Shown here: one piece after another, positions 12,301-25,291 of the stretch
Position numbering within the stretch: position 1 is the first letter of the stretch
Layout of the letters: every line of letters begins with the position of its first letter
DNA from: Phallusia mammillata
Lineage: Eukaryota
Direction: 5' to 3'
Length of the DNA: 64,000 nt
Assembly: GCA_965637545.1 (NCBI GenBank)
Contig: OZ281495.1
Span: 23,250,001 to 23,314,000 of the forward strand
Translations under genes and position numbers: made by a program
Notes under the pieces: generated by a model
The model's database searches: none
The model's input: only the letters and a program-made list of their open reading frames with translations
Told to the model about the DNA's origin: nothing

Positions 12301-15300
12301 TATTATATTTACTGGGAAATTTTGCCAAGTTGTATGTCAGGCCGGGTTTAGGTCTTAAAAATCGGGCCACATTCGACTTCAAACTCAAAGTATTTTCACT
12401 TCCTTTTTGTAGGCAAGCCTTTGTGGCGTTTTTTTGGCTTGTACATTCGGGTTTTGCTTAAATGTTAGGTCTGTTTCTGACTCTGCCTTGTGTCTATTAG
12501 ATGCTATTGAAGCGCAAACAGGACAAATTACTGGTGCAGTTTAACAAACCTTAAACGGGTTTCTCCTCGTTCCAGCAAGTTGAGATGACAACGAACGACC
12601 AGGTTTCGGTTTAATTTCTTGTTCTGAAAGAAGATGAAGTGTTTTAGCACTTACAATGTACGTCTTGTTTGACTAAGTTGATCACAAACCAGGTTCGGCC
12701 ACAGAGCGTTGTGACGTCACCACCTCAACGTCAGTGTCGCGATCAGTAAAGCGCGAAGCCTGCTGTGATGGCGTCACGGCAGCTTGCTGCGATCGAGCTT
12801 TTGTCCATTCCGTTTCCGAAGCGCTGTATCTGCACAATATTGCGAGTTATTTTCTTTGAAACATTTTGATCTCCTTATTTCTGCGCGATATAAACACACC
12901 CAAACTTCTGACTAAACCTTCAAATACATACAAGGCATACGAATTAAAGCAAAATCACTCTTCTTTCTTGCGTCGTTGTATATATCCATTACACCTAGAA
13001 CAGCAAAAAAAATTTAAACGCTGTTTTATTATAGTGGACGTTACCCAGATCGAAGTTCATCCCTGAAATCCTCAACATCTTCATCACTATCTTCTTCATC
13101 AACCCCTTGGTTCTCCTTCTTCTGCTTCCTGATAGCAGCTTCCATTTCATCTTGAGCTTTCTCTTGCGCCACCTGGTGTACAAATTACAAATTAAAAGCC
13201 TGATTTGTTTTTCCTTAAGCGACGCAACAACATTGAAATTGAAAATAATCTCACAGTATTTGTATGTAAGTCATCTTAGTGAAATAAACAATGTCACAGT
13301 TATTTAAGCGTGTTGTTGACACCATGAAAAACAGAACGCGGAACAGCAGTTTTACCAAGAAAATAAAGTAAACCTCGTTAAATCCGGACCCGTTTGCACC
13401 AAAAAAATTGTTCGGATTAGATGAAGATCCGGATTAACCGACATCGATTAGTTAAATCATTTGCAACTCAAGTTTTTTTCCAAATTAGGCGAAGATCCGG
13501 ATTAACAGAATCCGGATTAACCGCACGGTTTACAGTATTACCAAACAAAATAGAAGTAAAGTAGAGCCATACCTCTGATAAACGTTGGGCAAGCATAATC
13601 TTCCTGATCCGGGATGCGTATTTGATAGCAAGATTCACTGAAGAAGCACTCGGCATTAAACCACAAACTTCGTGTGCCTCGAATTCCTGATCTGTCTTGC
13701 ACAAAAGCTGCAACAAAACACTAAAATCAACCCTCAACTGATAACATTTTATAAGTGTTAAAAAACGGGTAACACCAAACACATTGTGGTTGAAGCTTTC
13801 GAAAAAATTGCAAATAGTATATTAACATGATACAATATTTTAACTGATTTAAACTGAAAAATTACCAACACAATTCATGATTTGAATGAATTTTAGGTTC
13901 GCCGTTATGTTTTGAAAAATATGCTTGGCCATTAAAATGCAGAGTGGAGTTGCGGTGAGGTGTTACATGGTCAAAAAATTTCAAGGGCCACAATCAACTT
14001 ACCGCAAACAACTTCATGAGCGTGCGTTGCGCGTTCAACTCATACTTTTGTTTCGTTTCCGCATCTTCCTCGTAACCACGTGACGTCAGATAGTCAGTGA
14101 ATGATGACATCAGCCTCGTCCTCCAATATTCTTCCTGTTGTACAGTTAAAGAGTTATAAATACACACCACAGCGCACAGTTACATCTATATTTTGAACAC
14201 GCCATGGAGAGAAAAACATCTGCTGGGGCGAGACATTTTATGGCCCCCGTTGGAACTGGAAAGATTTAATTGCGTTAAAAATTGTATCAAAGAGAGAACC
14301 AAAATGCTATGCTCGCTAATCAGCAGCAAAAATTTTTCAACTTAAAAAAAAAAGTTAAATCGTTACTGCCCATTTCAACTGTGAACTATGTTATTCTTGG
14401 ACCCCTAATGACCAGACACACCGGCTGCACACCCTTCTCGTGGGGCGTGATTGTTGAACTTATAACAAGGACTTAATAAAACCTTTGTTTGTTTTAAAAA
14501 CTTGAAGTTCTTGGTCAGTGATATAAACTCAACAAACTATTTTTACCATATGCAGTGTACCATCCTTCGATTTGATACAAGAGAATGATATTTTACACAA
14601 AAGAGTATTGTTATCCAAAAGATATTACTTTTTAGTACTTTTAGTATATACTCAGTGCAGTATTTTCGGCCAGCCGTAGCTGGGCGTCAAAGCACTAAGT
14701 AACATGGCATCGCAATTTCGGTTTTCAGTGCTCCACCACGTAATAAATAGACCGATCGATCGCGTGTATGTTTCAGTTAAACCTAGGCTTTGAGGACAAA
14801 AAAACTACCCAAACGTACTTGGTAGAGTAAAAAAACCTTACAATGAAACTCATATAAATTATAAACCAAACACATGCAATTTCAAATTTCAAATGCAGTC
14901 TCTAAATCTAAAAGTTCACCTCGTATGTCCCTTTGTCGTTCTCCATATCGCAGTATGGCATTTTGTATTGCAGCACAGTAAGGGTGGGTCTTGGCAAGGT
15001 TTGTGGGTAACTAAGTCCTTTACACAAAATACAACGAACTTGCTGTGGGTCCTGATGCAATCCGACAACCCAATAATGATCGTATCGACTCTTTGTCTGT
15101 GGGAGACAAAAACAAAGATTGCGAATAACGCACACAAACTAAACACAAACAAAAGCTTGTGCGAAAAAAGAAAAGTGTTGCAAATATGTTACAAATAATA
15201 ATCCAATTTGAATTTTTTTTGATTAGGTCGGAAGGATTGTAGGGAAGAAAATAGGTTACATTTTTTCGAATTGTTGCAAATGCAAAACACAATTGCATTG

Positions 15301-18300
15301 TTTTCTATATTTCTAAAAACTGCTGCTAACTGTTTTTTACCGCTTGTTTGGTGTTAAGCACGTTGACCCATGTCCCACAAAACGAGCGATTCATCAATCG
15401 CACAATTCCAGTACTGTCTACGGTGGCAGGCGTTCCTTCACATGTAAATCCGATCCAAGTAAGAGTGGAAGCATTGCTGATGGGAAGAGGCTGCCCACCA
15501 ACCACTTTCTTCGCTTTACATCCACTTCCTGCTCCCACTTCGAGAAGCATGAAGCCAAGACACTGGTTCGTGCTAAAACCTTTTGACAAATTTCGTTGGA
15601 CAATTATATGTAAATTATAATGTTGATGCAAATCTTAGCAAAAAAAAAAAGTTTTAATACTTCTTTTACTAAGAGATATTAAATTGTGGAAATTGTTGTT
15701 TGTATGTAAGTAAAGCAGTGATCCAAAACTTTTAATCATCATAATTATGGCACAATAAAGAAGAATGAGTGGTATAAAAGTTGAAGTACATTTTTGCCAT
15801 AGTTTTGGGAACCACTGATGTACAGCCCACAAAAATTAGGAAAGAAAAAGCATTGAAATACACAGCTTGTTTTGAGCAAAGTTTGCATTTTCTGGTTTAA
15901 ACGTGTTTGATCGTCAGGTCTGTCACATGTACTTTTGCATTTTCTTTTCAAGGCCTGGAGAAATGGATTAAAATGCTAATGAGAAACGCACTTTACCTTG
16001 TGTGATGTGATATGCGATCGACAGCTGATCGGTGTGGGCTGCCATGGCAACCACCGGTCCGGGTAGGCTAAAGATCTGACGTTGTGTTCCGCCGAGTGCA
16101 AACAATCGAACCTGCATTGCATCCGTGCATACCGCAATCCAACAATCACCTGAAGAACAATGTTATTGCATTGGAAGTAAATCTTTGTTCCAACTAAAAT
16201 AGCAAAATGGCCACTCTGTCCATTCAGACAAAATCCACACCTATAGTAACAGCTTGTATGTCTTCTCCCTCCGGCATGTCCACACTCCATTGCTTGTTGT
16301 TGTCCCACGACGAAAAGTGAACACATTTCAGTTTACTAAACGACAAAAAGCATAGAAATCAAAACGACAACAAACGATGTATTAAGAAGGGAAATGTTTA
16401 ACCTATATTATAGAGTAGATTGAACAAATCCAACTGTATTTGTTCTGCGTTAACACCGAGTATGTAACATATACTCTTTTTATAATAGTATGCCAGGCCC
16501 ATTAAATGTGTACCCACCACAGAAGTCTTTCGAGACTCGAGCCCAACTAACTTAGTTGTGAACCCGCCGAAAGTCGAATCACAACCGTTGCTCGCCTTGT
16601 ATGCTGTACATGTCAGCTTTGTAGTAGGGTATTACCAGTTCACACATTGATCACGTATGAACACACGTTCAACTGGGGTTAGTATTCAAGCGTTCATGCA
16701 GACCAGCAATCACAGCATAATGGGTTTAACCGTTCACCTTAATTCTAGCAAAATTGTTAATTGTACCTCACTGTGTCACCATCACTCTCAGCAGCAAGCA
16801 CCGCAGCATGTTGTGACAAATCGGCCATCGTGAAACGTTCATTATTTGACAGGTGAAGTGGATGGTGGGTTTGGGCGTCATGAAACTCAATGTCAATCGC
16901 ATGTTCGATTTCATCGTTGTAACACCTGATTATTCCAACTGAATTCCAAACCTTAAAGTTAAGACTAGAGTAATAACCGGTGGTCTCAATGTGGGTTCGG
17001 AGACCCCAACGGATCCGTAAATGCAAAATATTAATAAAGATTTTTTTAAATACTTTTTAAAAATACATCTCTTAGAAACATATTTTTAGCTTTCCTCGCT
17101 ACACACATTATTTAAATATGTAAAAGTATACACAAGTTAGTTTATCAAAAGAAATCAGAGAAAAGGTCTGATGATTTAATTTGAATACTTACAGAAAACC
17201 GTTCTGTTACTGCTGAAAAAAATGTCACGACATACACTGCTTTATGGTCGTAACGGTACAAGAATAAAGATTACCATAAACCGGTGAGATAAATGCACTG
17301 GAGTTGAACCGGGTTGAAATGGTGGTTGCATTGAACTTGGTTGCGCTTTGGTCAACACGGTCCCTGTCTGAGCGGTTGCCACTGACGACGCGTCATCATC
17401 CAATAGCGGCTTGCTTACGCCACCTGGCGGTGGTATAGAGGGCGGTGCCAAGTCCAAGTTGTCTTCACCGAATACGTCGAGTGTGGAAGGAATTGGGGCT
17501 GCGAATTGTACACATGTTGTTACCCTACTGTTTGCAATGGTTTACATCAGTGTTTCCCAACCTATGGGTCGTTTGGGTCGCCTGTTTTGTGACAATAAGA
17601 GCATCTACTTTTGATAATAGTTAATTCTTTGTCGTGTCATAAGTTATGTGTTAGCACACTGCTGAGCGTTGTCCGGCTGATAACGCTTTAAAGTGTTTAA
17701 ACCAGTGGTTCCCAACCTTTCGTGGACCGTGGCTCCCTGAAAGTAACTTTTGGGCTCTGTGGCCCCCTTCAAGTAACCCTGTAGTACCTGTGGCCCCCTT
17801 AAAAACGTAAATGGCAATCTCGTGTTGGAATTCGGTTCTAATTTCGGCTTTAAACAGGTCAAATAGAGTAAACAAGAATCCGAAATTGCAAAAAAACGTA
17901 ATTATAAACAAATAGTATGTGAAATAGTCGATTAAATTAGGGAATAAAGTTAAAAAGAAAATGTTTTTTAGTGGATGTTTCTGGTGAATGTACACCTGTG
18001 GCCCCCCGGAACACAGCTCGTGGCCCCCCTGGGGGGCCATGGGCCCGGGTTGGGAACCACTGGTTTAAACCATCTCTAAAGTTCGGGCTAAATGAAAATA
18101 TTTGGTCAAAAAAAAAACGAATACTACTTGTTTGAGTTTTTGATTCGCCAAACATGGCAAGTAATTTTCGAAAAGCTTGATTGCAGACAAAAATGGAAAC
18201 CGAAATAATAGTAATGCATATTCATGGGTCGCGAGAAACCACAAAACAAAATTTTGGAAAGTTTTCCTTTTTGGAAAGGGTTAAGACAAAAAAAGGTTGG

Positions 18301-21300
18301 GCACCATGGTTTAGATCGCGGTTCTCAAACTGGGGTCCGTGAGGCAATTTTGGGGGGACTGCGAAAAGGTTTAAGTAATACTATACTCTTATTTGGCGTC
18401 ATTTTGTGCCACTAAACAAGTTTAAATCAAAGTAGAATTGAAAATCGACTGTATCCATTGCTAAACAATAGTCGTTATTGCATGACAACTAACAAAAATG
18501 CAATTGTTCGCGCACAATTGTAATGTTTTTTGCCTTGTCTGTGATGTCACATGCTGTCTTTGGATGTTTGTTATGCGCAATTTTTGCATAACTAGCTAAA
18601 ATCCTGCAATAAACTTTCATTTTTCTGAAATACACATTTAGGCTTAAGGACCGCAAGCCCTCGAAATAATGGCAAAGGGAACGTTTTGAAAAAATAATGA
18701 AAAACTTTGAGAACCACTGGTTTAGATGATAAACATAAATGTGATTGCACAGAATCAATACTGAGATAAATACAAGAGCTTGGAAAGTTGTTGAAAAAAT
18801 TCAAAGTTTTTGCAATGTAGCAAAATTTGGCTGAACATAAAAGTTTTCCTTCAAATACAAAACATATACAAAATTTAACTTACGCAGATCTGGCAATTGT
18901 GAACCTTTTCTTGAAGCTGATTCGCTTTCATTGTCACTGTCGTCAAAAATATGCTTATTTTTCTTTGTTGAGGGAATGACTTCATCCTGCATTGAAAACC
19001 AAAGATTTTAGATCCAACCTTGTCAAACATTTTTCGAGATTTGGGCACATTTACTATGATTTCTGTGTTCAAGTAACTGTAATGCGATTCAAAGACAAAT
19101 GCAGGTTTTGTAAGCTCTTTGGTGTACAATCTACACAACTTGCTCTGGCTTTGTAGACTTGTAAGGTAACCTACCTTAGGTTTATCTTCTTCTGCCATCA
19201 AATCCACCATCATGTTGTCGTCCTCATCATCAAATAAAGCATCAATATCATTTTGATTACTGGGCTGTGAACATCCATTAAATAACTATGTTATATGGGG
19301 TGAAACCTACATTTAACAATTGTCTGTTGAATAGTTTATGACAATTTTACATGCTTGAACAGTGAATTGTACAAAAAATGTGATTGTGGCTAATATTTTT
19401 AAAAAACAAAAAATAAAATTGCATTTTTTCCATTTCCATTTTTTGGTCTTTGTAAAACATAAAACAATGTGGCACTTGCCTTTTTTGTAGGTTGCTCCGA
19501 TAACACAACATTGTCTAAAACCCCAATTTGTCCATGGACATCAGAAAATGCAAGTGAGTTATTTTCTTGTGGATTCCATGCAATGCTGCAAATACTAGCT
19601 TTGTGCGGACTTTGTTGCCTAAAAAACAGTTGAAAAGTCTGGCATTTCAGAAATAAGTTAAAATAAATATATAGTTCATACGTTCTGACACATTCTTGGG
19701 TTTCTGCATCCCATACCACAATCCAGCCATCTGCAGTGCCACCAGCTACAAATCTGCCACACAGAGAAAATGCACAGCACTGGAACATCTAAACAAAGCA
19801 AAAGTTGTGATTCCAGATGAAAACACATTTTGCATTTGGCAGACAGCAAAACCCACTGTGGAACAGACATCTGTTTTAAATGATTGAGCACATTGCCAGG
19901 TTATTCTTGAATAAATAGCAACCCCATCAGCAACTGGGACAGCAATGTCTTCTCCTGTTGCTGGCCTCCAACATATCCTTAAAAAAATATTGATCACTGC
20001 ATACATATAGGGGTCTCCGGCTTAATAATTCTGGGTCAAGAGTAAATCTTACATAAAGATAAATTAATGAACATAAATTTTGCAGAGAAAAAGTGCTATC
20101 TTTGTAAACAAATTGCATCATGTGACATAACAGGGAGAACCGTGATGCAACAATAACAACTGCTACCAAAAGTTTTTCACCAAAAAACACTAAACACATT
20201 CTTCCATAAATTGTACCATGTTAAATCACTGGCTAGGACCCAAGCAGAACACATAATTGCAGTTTAAGACCCTTAAGACCCTTACATATAACATCTGATA
20301 CCTCTATTTTTTAGTTAACATTGCAAAAACAAAAACCTACTTTCCCATGCTTTCAGAGTTTCCAACATCATTGGAAGGTTTCACAACCGAAATGGATGTC
20401 ACACTTTCCTGAAGAAGAAAAAACAGAGAAAATTTAACAAACATGTGGCATAAGCTTCTATTTCATTCATATCTGCACAAATCTCCATGGCTTATCTTCT
20501 ACACTATATACACAAAAACACACCTATTTTTACAATCACTGAGGATAATATCTAAGTCAAAATAAATAGTTTTACACAGGCTAATGTATGTATACTTACA
20601 AAATGATATATATATATAAGGAAACCAACTGTCTTAAAATTAAACTGCGATATCAAGAACAAGAAAGTGTTTTGCAATTTCAAAAAAAGTAAATATATAT
20701 ATTTGGATAGCAAATTGTAATTGGATTTTCACACAGCCTTAATTAAACACAAATTGCACAAAGATAAAATATTAAAACTTTTTATTGTTACTTGATTAGA
20801 TAGATTCCACACTTTCATTGTTCCATCACAGCTCATAGATGCCTAAAAGGAAATAAATGGTTGTGGGGATTAGGCACGTTTATTCTCCAACCACAGACAG
20901 TTAATCACTTACAAAGTATTCATCCATTGGATCAAGCGAGACACTTAATATAGGAGCTTGGTGACCCAAGAAACATTTTTGTTTCCCTGTTTCCATCAGC
21001 ATTACTTTCAAATCAAAATCACTAAAAATATATGAAGCTGATAAGTGCAATGTTGGTCAAAAACAGAAATTTATGGTAATCACAAAATTTCTGCATACTG
21101 AATCACAAACTATAGCATTTCAATAATAACGCAACAATATTGTTAAAAGTACATTCTTAATTGCAAGAATAAGCTTACAAATTAGAGTTGCTATTGACCA
21201 GAACTGTATGCAGCTGCAAATATGTTTGATAGTCACCTTGATCCAGCAGCTACATATTTCTTTGACTCTGACACAGCAAGGCATGTTGGGGTTCCTGTAA

Positions 21301-22584
21301 ATCGAGCCAAAATGCCATCAAGTTCACCCTTTGGAAATTCATATCGATCGACTGAGTTGTTGTCTGAACCAACATACAGTGTGGCACCCTACACAAAAGT
21401 TTAGGTTTTGAATCCTATCAAATATATATATAAGATGTTTAAAACATAAAAAAGTGTGACATGTTTTTATGTGATGTACTAAACACCACATGGTATCACA
21501 TGTTACAGCATTATGGCACAGTTTTATTGAACAGAAATATGAACAATGGGAAAATGTTAAGTTTGCGAAATTTTGAAAAGGTTAGGGCTATTTGGGGTCA
21601 TGTCTAAAACTGCGGGCCCACTTGGCCCGCCCCATGCAATAGAAAAAACTGCGGGCCCACAGTTTTTATATTTGCGAGAGACGCGACAAGCACCGGATAT
21701 AATGGGCCTGCAGTTTTTCCCTGCGAGAGACGCGACAAGCACTGGATTTAATGGGCCCGCGGTTTTTCCCTGCGAGAGATGCGACATGCACTGGATATAG
21801 TGGGCCCGCGGTTTTTATACTTGCGAGAAGCGTGCTAAGCGGGCCCGCAGTTATTTAATTGCATGAAGCGAGCCAAGTGCTGGGCCAAGCGGGCCAAGTG
21901 TTTCAAGTGGGCCGCAGTTTTAGACGTGACCAGGCTATTTGGGTTGGGTTGGGGGCTTTCATATAAAACAATATAATCTGCTCTCAGAAACATGTGGTAT
22001 CACACTTTATGACATGCTTTACCGGGCCATGAGGTATTATTTGGTGTACCACACATGTTTATGTTGTCAGAAGTTCAAGATGATTACCATGGAAGCACCC
22101 AGGGTTACTATGGAAGCATAGTACTGTTTGTAAGTAGCAATCATCTAACCTTTATAGCAACACTGTGAACTTGATCTCCCAACCTTAGTGTCTTTGGTTC
22201 ATCATCGTCAACACCTTTCCAAATCTTGACAGAACCATCAAAGCCACAGGAAACCAGGTATCTAAACCAAATGTGTCATTAGAGTTGTTGTCATCTATCT
22301 GCCAATCTGGGCTACATCGTGCAAAGATAATATTTTTTAACATTTATTTTCAGAAGCAGAACGTTTTGAAATGTACAAGTTATTAAATCTGGATTTTTTA
22401 TTTTAACCTTTCTTATTTGAACTACAAATGACATTCACCTGTACTTGTTAGTCACCAGGACTAGTCTGAATTAATTATGACAAAAAGTCATTCTTTTTAG
22501 CACTTACTTTCCTGAGTCATCATAGCACATGTCGGTTAGCCCATCACTGTGACCAATACGAATTGTCAGATCTTCGGAAGTCAT
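6314..22584 (-). CDS. WDHD1: WD repeat and HMG-box DNA-binding protein 1 (And-1/Ctf4), ~1163 aa, 26 coding exons
   Basis: Phase-consistent exons: 22508-22584, 22150-22261, 21237-21388, 20913-21021, 20792-20842, 20341-20408, 19857-19977, 19682-19788, 19480-19618, 19175-19264, 18884-18986, 17275-17498, 16767-16951, 16241-16335, 15997-16149, 15341-15579, 14920-15096, 14003-14134, 13573-13707, 13045-13172, 12690-12829, 12550-12623, 11263-11448, 10721-10860, 10458-10593, 6314-6532. Motifs: N-terminal WD40 (IGHSDGLTDMCYDDSG, GHQAPILSV), SepB region (FQPGSTPVHLSHRFMVWNSVG, DHYWVVGLHQDPQQVRC, NLAIKYASR), NPFK, HMG box, and C-terminal KLSAFSYQSQE (human KLSAFAFKQE). Confidence 0.97.
13366..13535. mobile_element. 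Degenerate Tc1/mariner-pogo-like MITE in a WDHD1 intron
   Basis: Imperfect termini (aagtaaacc / ggtttacag) flanked by TA on both sides; three internal atccggattaac repeats. Confidence 0.45.
17703..18062. mobile_element. hAT (Buster/Charlie-type) MITE in WDHD1 intron 11
   Basis: TIR CAGTGGTTCCCAAC at both ends; perfect 8-bp TSD GTTTAAAC (17695-17702, 18063-18070); subterminal tggcccc repeats. Confidence 0.92.
18317..18719. mobile_element. hAT MITE in WDHD1 intron 11
   Basis: TIR c(a)gcggttctcaaa / tttgagaaccactg; perfect 8-bp TSD GTTTAGAT (18309-18316, 18720-18727). Confidence 0.85.
21595..21932. mobile_element. Mutator/foldback-like MITE with internal ~49-bp tandem repeats in WDHD1 intron 2
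   Basis: TIR ggtca(t/c)gtctaaaactgcgg; 9-bp TSD GGCTATTTG (21586-21594, 21933-21941); ~3.5 copies of tgggcccgcggtttttccctgcgagagacgcgacaagcactggatataa. Confidence 0.85.
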
Positions 22585-22870
22585 GGTGTTGGTTAAAAGA
22601 CACAACACTGCAAAACAGAAAGTTTTTTGTTGATCAGCTCTTTGCCTCTTAACTTCTACTGAGGTTACAATCTGTCACAAGTGATGAAATAGTATTATAA
22701 AACTAAACATTTGTGACAATATTCTAAAACAGTAATAATAGATAACAAACAATATTTTTGGAACGCGAAGTTCGCGATTCGCGCCAAATGGCGGTTACTT
22801 TGACACGACCGCCAGCTGAACGTTTAATTGGCGAAGCATATCGGTGTGTAAATAATGTGGCATGTAATGG

Positions 22871-23151
22871 GGCGCCGTTGTCGAATAAATTAAGTTGCCG
22901 CAACTTAATTTTTTCGACAACGGCGCCTTAAGGCCGTTTTGAAAACAAACAAACAACTTGCAAGATAGCCAAGTTGCGGCAACTTAGCGTTGCAAGTTAG
23001 CTAAGTTTCTTTGCAAGTTAACTAAGTTGCCGCAAGATAACCTAACATGCGGCAAGTTAGCTAACTTGCAACGCTAAGTTGCCGCAAGTTAGCAATGTTT
23101 CGTTGCAAGTTAGCTATCTTGCTGCAACTTAATTTATTCGACAACGGCGCC
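22871..23151. repeat. Nested palindromic (foldback-like) element upstream of WDHD1
   Basis: 57-bp hairpin at 22871-22927 (ggcgccgttgtcgaataaattaagttgc..gcaacttaattttttcgacaacggcgcc). A second right-hand copy of the same arm ends at 23151. Internal inverted ~31-mers (ttgcggcaacttagcgttgcaagttagctaa and its reverse complement). Confidence 0.8.
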
Positions 23152-24264
23152 GCATGAGAGACAATTAAGTAAGTAGTCTCTGGTTTCATAGTTTAAAAAC
23201 GTTCAAAAACATTAACCCTTTATTTTAAATAAAAAGCAATTTACGCCCCACATTAAACCTATTATCCAGAGGCCTGGAAAATTTTGCCATTGCATGACAT
23301 TTTCTGCTCTCAACGTTAATGTTAGGCCATCATTCTCATAAAAAAAACAGAGAACAGAAACGAAGTATTCGGCAATCAACAGTAACATTTTTACAGCGTC
23401 TAAGCAATATTAAAAATTTAAGCTCACTTGGCCATTTTTTAACTTTGATTGAGCCTGCATTACCAACTTCGGATTTTTGACAGACATAATGCAAATTTTT
23501 TTTTTCTTGTCGAATTTTAGCCCAAGAAATTTTTTTGCAAGATTTTATATTCTTTTTATTGTTTAATTTGATTCCATTGTGGGCGATGTTTAAAACTATC
23601 ATTTTGTACAAGTCAATGGACTTAAACTTCACATTTTGTGCTGCAATTAAGACATGTATAGATTTGTACCCCTACAAAATAGATTTGAAGAATTTGAACT
23701 ATCGATGGATTCCTTGGTTTGCAAGTCACGTAGGTTGGTTAATTTACGAGTATAATGCTAAAAATCACGTTAGAACATTTCATTTTACGAAAACTTTGTG
23801 TTGTCTAACTGTTTTTGCGAATAAGTTACAAGTAGGCCTAGGCCTACATAAAGTAAAGTTAAGGTAAGACGTTTTATTAAGTTTTAAAAAATACACTGAA
23901 ATAGGGCGATAATAAGCAAGAAAAAACAATAAATCGTGTAGGAAAAAGTTCTTTTTATCGCAAAAGCATTGTGCGTAGAAATGAACATCAGAAATACAAT
24001 ACAAACGTACGGCGCAATATAAATGGACCAAAATAGGAAGACACTTTAATGCAGGCGATAATTTTAAACCCTGCAAATGACTTTATGTCACGCTACGGAA
24101 TCGTATTTGTAATTGCAGTTGATTGGCCAAGTTACTTTTCTCGTCCCACTGGTGTTTAGCAACGACTTCTGTTCGGATGAAAAGTCGTGGTGCCCACTAA
24201 AACAACAGGTATAAAGAAGAAGTATAAGTAAGGCGTTCTTGACATCTTGCCTACGGCGGCGGCA

Positions 24265-25291
24265 TTACAGATCCTGGACTGCGGCCACCGCCAATTGTCT
24301 GGTTGCTTTGGTTTCAAAATTACTGATGTGAAGAAATAGGTTTTTAGGCCAAGATTAATTTCTAACTTGATACACAGAATAAGGTGAACAGTCTGACCAT
24401 CAGTCGCAACTGCTTATGACGTCATAATCTATATTGTAACGCTTATGGCATATGTTTTTTCGCATTGTTTGCACACAATATGCGTACTAAAAGTCTGACG
24501 GATATAGTAATTGGCTGTCCCACAAAATCTGTTTAGAGCAGTTTGTAAATGAAATTAGTTAGCAAAAGAGTTTTATTTACGTCACGTCCGCCAGTACATA
24601 TATATTTTGATACGTTCACATCCGCATAAACTCGTCTCTGCGACCGCATGTGGCCGTACGGCCGCAAGTTGTGCACCCCTGCCCCAAAATAACCAAGTAG
24701 TATACCCTTAAAATACATTTCTGAAAAGCGTTAAATTACTGCATACTGAAGGTCAATTTTTTAGTACGATCGCAACAATCAGGTATTTGAAATACATTTT
24801 GTGTTAAGCTTAAGTGGGAGTACATATACCATTGTTGCAGATATAAAAACTTACCTCCACTGATGCGAACATAATTCCCGTCTGGTGATACAACTGAACA
24901 TAAGCCAGAATATAACACAAAACAGGACAATTATCACCAACACATAGATAAAGATTGGAAAAACGAGATCAGCCGCAAGATCATTTACCACTGGTAAAGC
25001 TGCAAACAGAGAGAAAATTTAAGGCATAAGTCGAATGGTTTCAAGTTTTAGCATGGTTGACAATAACAGTTGTTTACCACGTTGATAGGCAACTCACTTG
25101 TTTGAGCAAGTAGGCCTCGTGTTAAAAAGCTTCTTGTATTTACAACAGTATTAAACAAAATTATACCACCGTGTTGCTTCATAACGAATAACACCTTTAA
25201 CCAACTACTGAATATACGCAGTTTATTTCGTACCTGTCGATGACACGTTGAACTCTTTAGCAATTCCTTCAAACTGTACCTCTTTCTCCAT
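24265..25291 (-). CDS. Putative 86-aa single-pass membrane microprotein, 3 exons (not represented in the ORF track)
   Basis: Exons 25234-25291, 24855-24999, 24265-24322, all with canonical pyrimidine-rich AG and GTA donors, phases 1 then 2. Protein: MEKEVQFEGIAKEFNVSSTALPVVNDLAADLVFPIFIYVLVIIVLFCVIFWLMFSCITRRELCSHQWSNFETKATRQLAVAAVQDL. One ~24-aa hydrophobic span, an NVS sequon before it, and RR after it. Confidence 0.65.

Noticed and set aside
12900-12994. Apparent extra WDHD1 exon after the ctag acceptor at 12995
   Set aside because: Joining 13045 directly to 12829 gives RSGYSASETEW, matching human AGYSNTATEW; the extra exon would need a poor donor or hits a stop.
17651-18040. 129-aa ORF and similar ORFs at 21557-21800, 49963-50306, 53775-54013 and 59387-59734
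   Set aside because: All lie within non-autonomous MITEs and show no transposase motifs.
21651-21850. Regular ~49-bp repeats as a possible CRISPR-like array
   Set aside because: Head-to-tail tandem units without unique spacers, inside a TIR element in a eukaryotic intron.
23831-23846. Perfect 16-bp palindrome GTAGGCCTAGGCCTAC
   Set aside because: Isolated and short; TAGGCCTA motifs are common low-information repeats in marine invertebrate genomes.
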